This document shows, piece after piece, positions 56,836 through 64,000 of a stretch of 64,000 bases of DNA. The position numbers and the translations under genes are program-made. Numbering within the stretch: position 1 is the first letter of the stretch; each line of letters begins with the position of its first letter. Location: NCBI GenBank assembly GCA_958295675.1, contig OY282360.1, forward strand, positions 530,026 to 594,025. The letters are read 5' to 3'. Source of the stretch: Minisyncoccota bacterium. Its GTDB lineage: Bacteria > Patescibacteriota > Minisyncoccia > Phycocordibacterales > JABAAK01. The notes beneath the pieces are model-generated. The model saw only the letters and a list, made by a program, of their open reading frames with translations. It did not search any database and had not been told where the DNA came from.

Positions 56836-59367
56836 TTAAAATGAAGATACATAGGTCAGTATCATATCACGGGTCCGCCGATCCAAAACACCCGTTACCG
56901 GCACACCGTTCACGCGCTGAAAACTCCGAAGCGCGCGTTCAGTTGACGAGCCGAATGTGTTAACTTCATTCCCGGGACTGCCGGCACCGGATCGTGAGAC
57001 CGTATACCCGTTATTGTTGAGAAATACCTGCAGCCGATATACCTCTTCATCGGTATCGCCGATTCGCAGTTCATCGGAACCGGTCGGCACTACAACACCG
57101 AGATTTTCCCGGGTCTCTTCCACAACCTCGTCGCGTGATCTGGAAACTTCCTGATCCTCATCGGCGGATTGCTCCTCATCGGCGGTAACAACTCGCTCAA
57201 CAACAACCTCGCCCGGCAATCTGGGAGCAGTCAGACCTCTCAGTTCCGCGGCGCGGCGCTGTGCATCGGCATGCACCGTCGCTTCGTCAAAAATGACCAA
57301 ACGCTCATCTTTCTTTTCCGCATCATCCGCAGCACTGCGCAGCTTGGCATCAACATCCGCAATCAATGCGTTTATCCGTTCGGTTAAACTTTCCAAAATT
57401 GTCTTTCGTTCCGAAAGTGTGTCAACTGATTCTGCCTGTGAACCGGCAGCACTTTCTGAAGTTGTTTCTTCAGATGAACATGTAACAGGAATGGAATCGT
57501 ATATATATAAAGCACCGGTATCCCGTTCGGCGGTATCGTGCTGCGGCGCGCCGACAACAAGATGCCGACCGTCAAACGCCACGCTTGTGCCGAATCTGTC
57601 ACCGGACTTGACCATCTCCCCGGAGGTTGTCTTCCGCAGAGTCCATTCTGCATCTCCGTGTGTATAGGTGTAGACAAGTCCTGTCCTGTCACCGTTCTCA
57701 TCTTCAGCACCCGGCGCGCCGACAACCAACACACCGTTTGAATATGCCAACGATGTACCGAAGTGCTGTGAAAATCCGTTTTCGGGAGGGGTAATTTCCT
57801 GCTGCAGCTGCCACAAGTCGCCCTGACGCGTGTAGACATACACGGCACCGCGTCCTTTCTGGGCGGCACCGACAAACAAATTACCGTCGCCGAAAAGAAT
57901 TTCCGAACCGAATGTGCCTTCTGAGTCAGTATCCGGCGGCACAATTTTCTTCTCGTTCCAACGCGACCCATCAAATGCGTACACATATACCGCACCGGCA
58001 TCAGCACCACTGATAAGATCCCCGGGAGCACCGATCGCTATAACATCGCCATCAATGGCGATACCGGCACCGAACTGCTGACCCCGGGCAGTATCCGAAG
58101 CGGTTAAGCGAACGGAGCGAACCCATTGATCATTCCGGCGTGTATAGACATACACATACCCGCTCTTATCGCGCCCTTCGGCACCGATAGCGAGTGTATT
58201 TCCGTCAACGGCAATACTTCTGCCGAACAAATCATACGGTGCGGTCGTGGCCGATAGAAGCGCGGAACGAAACAGGAGTGACGAATCAGACCGCCGATAC
58301 ACATACACAGAACCGGACTGATGTCCGCCATGATGTGCTTTCGGCACACCGACAATGACATCCTGACCGTCAGACACGGCAACCATCCGGCGGGTGCCGG
58401 TAGAACGGTACTCCTGTTCAACAACCGTACCGGACGGTTTCCACGACGAACCGTTATCGGTGTATAGATACGCCTTGTGAATACCGGTACCGGAAACAAG
58501 GGTATCTCTATTGATACTGACATTTTCCCCGAGTTGTGTTTTTCTCTCCGGATTTTCCGGCACCAATTTCTGAGTCATGGTATAGGTAACACACTCGTAT
58601 AACATTTCAGCGGCTTCATCTTCTTGCGCGGTAACTGTTGCTTTCACCGGCGGTTTCTCAACAGATTTCGGTACTGCAATGATAATAGGTTCCGCAAGCG
58701 TGCCCCGCTGACTCTCATGGCTGCCCCGGCGAATAACCGCGGCAAAATGATTCTCCCCGACAGCCAATTCATCCGCGCTGATAGAAGGAAAAGAAACTGA
58801 ATTGCCGGTTACTTCTTCAGGCGTTACAACCCGCATACGAATCTCAGAATCATTCAAAAAAACAGAAACACTGTCTCCGGTCAAAAAATTTCCCGAAACC
58901 GCGATACTGTACGAATCAGCAGGCGCATCGGCATCGGCGGATTCCGGTTCAACAATAATGGACGGCTGTGCCGGGACACCGACTATCGTCAGCTCAAACG
59001 GCTCCGTTTCCTGAAGTGTAGCACCGTTACGAGCCAATTTCGCGACAACATTATTCACACCGGTCACAAAAACATCGGTTGATATATTATCAACAATAAC
59101 CTCACCGCCCTCAGTAACATCATCCGCACCGATCACCTTCGCGGTGATAAATGAATCATTGCTGAATATATTTATAACATCATTCTCCTGAAACGCGCCG
59201 AACACGCGAACCGCGACAACGGATGTATTATGTTCGTTCCTAGAGAAACCGATAATACTGAATGATGTTTCTTGTGCTGAGACCTTGACGGCAAATAAGA
59301 CAAGGCATACCAGCATAAACAGAACTGCACGGACAAAATTCCTATTAAAACGACTGTACGCTTTCAT
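56836..59367 (-). CDS. FG-GAP/beta-propeller repeat surface protein with C-terminal peptidoglycan-binding domain
   Basis: Signal peptide. Repeated FG..DG..D units (LFGRSIAVDGNTLAIGA, FGAGIAIDGDVIAIGAPGD, FGTSVAFDGRHLVVGAP). C-terminal LQVFLNNNGY...RALRSFQRVNGV. Confidence 0.65.
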   Translation of the reverse strand: MKAYSRFNRNFVRAVLFMLVCLVLFAVKVSAQETSFSIIGFSRNEHNTSVVAVRVFGAFQENDVINIFSNDSFITAKVIGADDVTEGGEVIVDNISTDVFVTGVNNVVAKLARNGATLQETEPFELTIVGVPAQPSIIVEPESADADAPADSYSIAVSGNFLTGDSVSVFLNDSEIRMRVVTPEEVTGNSVSFPSISADELAVGENHFAAVIRRGSHESQRGTLAEPIIIAVPKSVEKPPVKATVTAQEDEAAEMLYECVTYTMTQKLVPENPERKTQLGENVSINRDTLVSGTGIHKAYLYTDNGSSWKPSGTVVEQEYRSTGTRRMVAVSDGQDVIVGVPKAHHGGHQSGSVYVYRRSDSSLLFRSALLSATTAPYDLFGRSIAVDGNTLAIGAEGRDKSGYVYVYTRRNDQWVRSVRLTASDTARGQQFGAGIAIDGDVIAIGAPGDLISGADAGAVYVYAFDGSRWNEKKIVPPDTDSEGTFGSEILFGDGNLFVGAAQKGRGAVYVYTRQGDLWQLQQEITPPENGFSQHFGTSLAYSNGVLVVGAPGAEDENGDRTGLVYTYTHGDAEWTLRKTTSGEMVKSGDRFGTSVAFDGRHLVVGAPQHDTAERDTGALYIYDSIPVTCSSEETTSESAAGSQAESVDTLSERKTILESLTERINALIADVDAKLRSAADDAEKKDERLVIFDEATVHADAQRRAAELRGLTAPRLPGEVVVERVVTADEEQSADEDQEVSRSRDEVVEETRENLGVVVPTGSDELRIGDTDEEVYRLQVFLNNNGYTVSRSGAGSPGNEVNTFGSSTERALRSFQRVNGVPVTGVLDRRTRDMILTYVSSF

Positions 59368-59573
59368 ATATGATCAAAATACATATGTAGTATACTGCTG
59401 AAAACAGAGTCGTGTGACATGTTTCCACATCGTATGAGAAAAGAAATATGGATTCATTGTTGAAGAAAAATAAAAAATAAATGTGACAACTTTTTCAGAC
59501 AAGATGCCGTATGGAAAGCATATGAGCGTGCGTTGTACTCGGTAGGTCTATATAAAAACAACAGCCGATAGAC

Positions 59574-59600
59574 AAAAAATCACCCCACCTAAGTGGGGTG
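59574..59600 (-). terminator. hairpin + U-run (candidate terminator on the reverse strand)
   Basis: CACCCCAC-ttag-GTGGGGTG followed by T6 on the reverse strand. Confidence 0.45.
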
Positions 59601-60060
59601 AGAAGAAGATGGGAAGCCGATACCCGATGTTACCGACCTTTTTCCAGTGTTCGGGAAGTGATTTTACGTACACGGTAGTAATGGGTGGCCATCTCGGCGC
59701 GCGGGATTCTTGGCGTGTATGCGTCGGAAGAATCCACTTAATGCGGGCTGATGAGATCTAGCTCCCAAAACCATTACCGAATCCGTGAACCGCGATGGAC
59801 GAAAAATCGTCACATGCGCAGTAGTCAACCTCACTCCTCACAATGGCTAGACGCGAAAACCACCAGAGAACGAGGACACTTCAAGATTTCCGGGGAATTA
59901 CACCGCCGGTCCTCTCTGTCCGCACTGAAACGCTTTCTCTAAAGTACCTGAACACCCTCACAGGAAGAAATTACTCCCCTCCCGCTTGATGAGGATCCGT
60001 TGCATCTTTTTGGCATGCTTCGCCGTCACTTCCCATCTTCTGAATCTATTGTAGCAAAAG
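59600..60060. ncRNA. candidate structured non-coding RNA / orphan GC-rich island (unclassified)
   Basis: No ORF of 60 aa or more with coding features, in a genome that is otherwise densely coding. GC-rich. Long-range complement AGAAGATGGGAAG (59610) / CTTCCCATCTTCT (60028). Flanked by two CACCCCAC hairpins, each preceded by AAAAAATCACCCCAC. Confidence 0.3.
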
Positions 60061-60108
60061 AGAGTAAAAAATCAATGTTGAAATGGGGATAGCTCTGTAC
60101 AAAAAAAT

Positions 60109-60194
60109 CACCCCACATATCCTGGTCATCAGTCATCCAGGTGGTAAGTCTGGACTAGGACTAGATAACCCTGGATATTGGATATGTGGGGTGG
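60109..60194. repeat. long imperfect hairpin (13-bp outer stem CACCCCACATATC / GATATGTGGGGTG)
   Basis: Seen directly. Shares the AAAAAAATCACCCCAC leader with 59574. Confidence 0.6.
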
Positions 60195-60601
60195 GGAGAT
60201 ATAGTCATGAACGGACTGAGGTTGGCTATCTCCCGCATATATTATAGCAAAAAACCAAAATTAAACAAATAATGTAAGATGGTGGGATGTATCTTTTGAT
60301 TAAGTATTTTTGTTTATAGTTTGTATTATAATCATGGAATACATCCCCAGATTTTTTGGTGGTACTCCGTAGTACTAATATCCGGTAAAACAAGTTGTTT
60401 TGTACAAAGCGTGAAAACAGGCAGAGGAGGGTTATTAACTCTTTTTGATATAAAAGGTGTGATAGACGAGTATCATTAGGGTGTCAGGGGATATACCCTG
60501 ATTTTTTTCTACTACTAAAGTTTGTGAAATATTGTATAATGATATTGTTGGCAGTGAAATGCCCTTGCGTTCAGTTCTTTCCACAAAAAGGAGGTGGGAA
60601 T

Positions 60602-60904
60602 ATGCAAAAAGCACTTGCTATCGTCTTCATTGTGACCGGTTTGCTGGTTCTCATACTGACGAGCTGGTATCACGATATATCGGCATGGGTTGTTGTTCCA
60701 TTATTTGTCGCCTTTATGGTGTGCACATATGGTGTAGTGATAACCCGATCGGGGCCGACACAACCGCCGCTGAAACTTGCTGTGAGCGTACTAATCGCTT
60801 GCGTCGTTTTGAGCGTGGTTCTCATGATGGTAACACAGTTTTTGTGGATGCTATCACTGATACCAGAGTACAATGCGTATGACGCTCATCAGGTCATCAG
60901 GTAG
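60602..60904 (+). CDS. small membrane protein (about 100 aa, 3 TM), cassette copy 1
   Basis: AAAGGAGGTGGG Shine-Dalgarno before ATG 60602 (MQKALAIVFIVTGLLVLILTSW...). Confidence 0.55.
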   Translation: MQKALAIVFIVTGLLVLILTSWYHDISAWVVVPLFVAFMVCTYGVVITRSGPTQPPLKLAVSVLIACVVLSVVLMMVTQFLWMLSLIPEYNAYDAHQVIR

Positions 60905-60915
60905 TGCTTGATTCT

Positions 60916-60944
60916 TCCTCCTCTGCATAGAGGAGGATTTTTTT
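60916..60944 (+). terminator. rho-independent terminator
   Basis: TCCTCCTCT-gcat-AGAGGAGGA followed by T7. Confidence 0.8.
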
Positions 60945-61341
60945 AATATGCTATCCGCTATTTGTTTGCTAATACAAGAGAATTCTGTAACCATTAATCA
61001 ATTAATGCCACATGAAAATGGTAGATAAGAGAGGATATACGCGCAGATTTTTAGGAGTATGTCCCCTGACTTGCTGTGGTAGGGGTTTATTACGATTTGT
61101 CGGTAAGTTATCAACATCGTTGCTATTGTGAGGTATACTGTGATTAAAAAAATAATAAGTATATGCCAATAAACTTCGCTGAAAGCACCCTGTTTACCAG
61201 CGATAATCTGCCGATGTGGTATGTCAAGGGATACACCCCGATTTTTATTTATTGTGAAAGGTTATAAGGTATGGTATGACTATAGTGTTGGCAATACAAT
61301 GCCCTTGCGTTCAGTTCTTTCCACAAAAAGGAGGTGGGAGT

Positions 61342-61599
61342 ATGCTAAAAGCACTTGAAATCGTCTTCATTGTGACCGGTTTGCTGGTTCTCATACTGAC
61401 GAGTTGGAGTTTCAACATGCCGGCGTTACTTGTTGTTCTGTTGTTCACCGTCACGCTGGTGTGTACATACGGCATAGTGGTAAATCGCACGGCGTTGCAG
61501 CAACTGCCGCTGAAACTTGCTGTGAGCGTACTGATCGCTTGCAGCATCGTGAGTGTGGTTTTCATGGCGGCACGACTGTTGTCATTAACACCGACCTAA
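61342..61599 (+). CDS. small membrane protein, cassette copy 2 (paralogue)
   Basis: Same Shine-Dalgarno and 55-nt leader. MLKALEIVFIVTGLLVLILTSW... ~60% identical to copy 1. Confidence 0.55.
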   Translation: MLKALEIVFIVTGLLVLILTSWSFNMPALLVVLLFTVTLVCTYGIVVNRTALQQLPLKLAVSVLIACSIVSVVFMAARLLSLTPT

Positions 61600-61609
61600 T
61601 GCTCATTAA

Positions 61610-61640
61610 AGACCCTCTCTACAGAGAGGGTCTTTTTTTT
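61610..61640 (+). terminator. rho-independent terminator
   Basis: AGACCCTCTCT-aca-GAGAGGGTCT followed by T8. Confidence 0.8.
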
Positions 61641-61824
61641 AAATATTCTTTTGACAAGACAAGAGAATTCTGTGACTATGAATCAATTATTATGACGGAA
61701 TACATCTATCCATTCTTAAATATTTTTTAGCGCATTTCAACCTGCTACTGTGCTTATCAACGGTATAGATGATGAATGTGAGGATGTATCAGCAAAGGAA
61801 TACATATCAAAAATTGAATTGGAC

Positions 61825-61912
61825 TGATTATCTCTCAAAGGTCTCAAATGATACTTATATGTTGAGGAAGATGTTCTGATTAGATGTTTTCAGGGACACA
61901 AGGGATACAGTA
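61825..61912 (-). pseudogene. degenerate copy of the 23S rRNA 3' terminal region
   Basis: ctgattatctctcaaaggtctcaaatgatacttatatgttgaggaagatgttctgattagatgttttcagggacac aligns to 62655-62745 of the real 23S at roughly 75% identity. Confidence 0.5.
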
Positions 61913-62400
61913 TATAAATAAAAAATAGGTAGTATAGAAAAAGAGAAAGTGTCCCGCGCGAAACGGGACACTAAAGGAGAAAAGGTGGAGTTCCGCGAAC
62001 CTGACTCTATTCGGCAGTATCTGTGAAAGGCCTGTTTGTGTGTATCACACACACGCATCCATCACCTGTCAGAGCGTACTTGATATCAGGCAGTGACCAG
62101 CTTATCAGAACATGTGTTCCGAAGAGTCAGGAAGCCACCGACCGAAAGTACCCCCAATGGTCGTGCGTGAGGCAGTTCGCTAATTCGTTGATAAAGCAAG
62201 GTCAAGCCGCACAACGAATCCGTTCGACGTGACAGTGGCGAACATCAATCACTATCAAAAAGCCGGAACGCCACGGAAAAACTTACGCTTCTGGAGGACC
62301 AAATCCAAAAAGTCGCACCACCTTTCCGCCAGCAGCAGTGTAGCACAGACAAATGATAAAAGCAAACTTCTTCAATGCAAACTCTTCCCCACCACCATTT

Positions 62401-62512
62401 TGTTCTGGCGACGAGCTACTCTCCCGCGCATGCAGTACCATCGCCCCTGGAGGGCTTAACTTCCGTATTCGGAATGAGAACGGGTGTGACCCCTCCGGTT
62501 TCATCACCAGAA
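62401..62512 (-). rRNA. rrf: 5S ribosomal RNA
   Basis: Reverse complement GUUCUGGUGAUGAAACCGGAGGGGUCACACCCGUUCUCAUUCCGAAUACGGAAGUUAAGCCCUCCAGGGGCGAUGGUACUGCAUGCGCGGGAGAGUAGCUCGUCGCCAGAAC matches the bacterial 5S consensus (CCGAACACGGAAGUUAAGC, GAGAGUAGG). Confidence 0.9.
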
Positions 62513-62707
62513 CAAAATAGTGGTGTGATTATATTTTTACTATTGCAATACGCATGGGCAATCCGCTACAGAAACGATTATTACATTTCTCACGAAAAGA
62601 ATCGACTAATTAGTACTCCTCTGCTAAACGCATCTCTGCGCGTACACATAGAGCCTATCAACCTGATCATCTCTCAGGGGTCTCAAATGATACCTAATCT
62701 CAAGGTG

Positions 62708-62740
<33 letters not shown>

Positions 62741-62799
62741 CTGCCCAACATAGCTACCCAGCTGTGCCGCTGGCGCGACAACTGGTACACCAGAGGTTA

Positions 62800-62831
<32 letters not shown>

Positions 62832-62870
62832 TCCTTTCAAGTATCAACGACTGCGGAAGATAGAGAACCA

Positions 62871-62914
<44 letters not shown>

Positions 62915-62928
62915 TTGGAGAACAGCCA

Positions 62929-62982
<54 letters not shown>

Positions 62983-63017
62983 GAACTCCGTCGTCGATAT
63001 GAACTCTTAGACGGAAC

Positions 63018-63049
<32 letters not shown>

Positions 63050-63558
63050 ATGATCTCTGACCGCATCTAAAGCGTATCAGAGGTTCACTAAGTCCTGCTT
63101 TCGCATCTGCTCGCGATGTCCCGCTTGCAGTCAAGCTCCCATATACCTTTACGCTATCGGCACGGTTTCCATTCGCGCCTAGGGAACCTTTGAACTCCTC
63201 CGTTACCTTTTGGGAGGATAGCGCCCCACAAAAACTACCCGCCACGCACTGTCCCTGTACGGTTTTGCCGCACGGGTGAGAGATTACAGACACACAGAGA
63301 GGTATTTCACTGGCGACTCCACTGTTCCCAAGAGAACAGCTTCAAAGTCTCCCTCCTATGCTACGCAGTATATCCGTAACCCCAATACGAAGCTGTAGTA
63401 AAGCTCCACGGGGTCTTTCTGTCTTTCCGCAGTAAGCCGGCATCTTTACCGGCATTGCATTTTCGCCGGGCTCCTCCCCGAGACAGTACTTCACTCGTTA
63501 CGCCATTCGTGCGCGTCCGAAATTACCGGACGAGGTATTTCGCTACCTTAGGACCGTT

Positions 63559-64000
63559 CATTCGTGTTAGCTTTATGTCTCCATAAAGATCGGACTATAT
63601 CTTCACGATATATTATCGTGTTCCGCGTGTAGTCTCTGAGGTTCTGTCTTGGTATACATCATGTTGTGTATACTTCCTTTTCCTGCCCCGTCCTTCATTC
63701 AGTTGTTCACGGAGTTGAATAATAGTTTTCAACCCCCGAGCGGTAACATGCTCTTTTCGGTATATTCTTTCAACAATATTTGAAAAAGTTACAAAATCTT
63801 TCTTTTTCTTTGCTGAAAGAAACCTGAACTTTCTGAAGAAAGGAAGGATGGTATCGTGCAGAGCGGTTATATTAACCACTTCATAACACACAACACCATC
63901 ATCTCTCTCACGCAGGGTTCCACATTTAAGTGTATTCTTTATCTTTGCCAGTATTACCCTGTCTTTCTGAGAGATGTTGAACGAAGCGTTCACTTTCCAT
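63559..64000 (-). mobile_element. group I intron in 23S rRNA helix 69 (E. coli position ~1917), partial
   Basis: Exon identity stops after ...TTCGCTACCTTAGGACCGTT at 63558. The next base is the expected intron-terminal G. AT-rich sequence with an embedded ORF follows to the window edge. Confidence 0.75.
63613..63993 (-). CDS. intron-encoded LAGLIDADG-type homing endonuclease
   Basis: 126-aa ORF inside the intron. ...LHDTILPFFRKFRFLSAKKKKDFVTFSNIVERIYRKEHVTARGLKTIIQLREQLN is the characteristic C-terminal half of single-motif LAGLIDADG enzymes. Confidence 0.65.
   Translation of the reverse strand: MNASFNISQKDRVILAKIKNTLKCGTLRERDDGVVCYEVVNITALHDTILPFFRKFRFLSAKKKKDFVTFSNIVERIYRKEHVTARGLKTIIQLREQLNEGRGRKRKYTQHDVYQDRTSETTRGTR

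Noticed and set aside
59700-59780. Hammerhead ribozyme (CUGAUGAG ... CGAAA)
   Set aside because: The two motifs occur but the intervening ~45 nt cannot form a stem II hairpin and no stem I/III pairing is apparent. Most likely chance.
59751-59942. 63-aa basic ORF inside the GC-rich island
   Set aside because: No Shine-Dalgarno. Arg/Ser-rich composition typical of a random GC-rich frame. The region is better explained as non-coding.
59600-60060. RNase P RNA, tmRNA, SRP RNA, T-box or B12 riboswitch identity for the GC-rich island
   Set aside because: I could not find the P4 GGAAAGUCCGG / ACAGAAxCCGGCUUA pair. Nor a tRNA-like T-arm/CCA end, the SRP GGAA-tetraloop domain IV, a T-box, or a B12 box on either strand. 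It is left unclassified rather than named.

Overview
This 64 kb window reads like the chromosome of a small-genome, probably episymbiotic bacterium. The gene content and quirks point to Patescibacteria/CPR, but that lineage call is inference. Standard genetic code: TGA terminates dprA and other genes.

Housekeeping genes: VIT-family transporter, dprA, a tandem-domain ThyX-like protein, topA, rel, parB, miaA, pheST, a TrmH/SpoU methyltransferase, 3-methyladenine glycosylase, tsf-rpsB, prfA, rpmE, tsaD, hsp20, rsmI, secDF and a SEDS glycosyltransferase. Four tRNAs are present: Trp-CCA, Leu-CAA, Leu-GAG and Ile-GAT.

The rRNA operon is fragmented. A stand-alone 16S (35.6-37.1 kb, minus strand) has its own flanking processing stem. 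A separate 23S-5S unit sits at 62.4 kb to the window edge (minus strand). That 23S carries a group I intron at E. coli position ~1917 encoding a LAGLIDADG homing endonuclease.

The rest is accessory, surface-protein-rich sequence:
- Three tandem secreted proteins share a novel C-terminal W-C-x-Y-N ... A-C-T-A-L-W domain (6.0-9.1 kb).
- Two paralogous small secreted proteins with identical consensus sigma70 promoters sit in a scrambled array of tRNA-Leu(CAA) 3' fragments (13.0-15.0 kb).
- pheT has an NlpC/P60 cysteine-peptidase domain inserted in its B5 domain.
- A 23-residue-repeat (BspA-type LRR-like) family has three full copies and one fragment (25.9-34.5 kb).
- A three-gene operon encodes a small TM protein, a TraD/VirD4-like P-loop ATPase and a beta-helix membrane protein.
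- A surface-protease island (37.3-52.4 kb) holds an S8 subtilase with a peptidoglycan-binding tail and an M16 peptidase. It also has a tandemly duplicated 854-aa repeat protein with an S8-like C-terminus. Copy 2 lacks its N-terminus and is fused to a decayed piece of a neighbouring gene.
- Next to it is a 1356-aa Cys-rich multi-repeat protein with a TSP1-like WxxWxxWxxC motif. Its signal peptide is in a different reading frame.
- Further on are an FG-GAP/PG-binding protein and a GC-rich ~480-nt non-coding island flanked by CACCCCAC hairpins (candidate structured RNA).
- The window ends with twin small-membrane-protein cassettes sharing a conserved leader and a degenerate 23S 3' fragment.

No CRISPR array, Cas gene, integrase or reverse transcriptase is visible.
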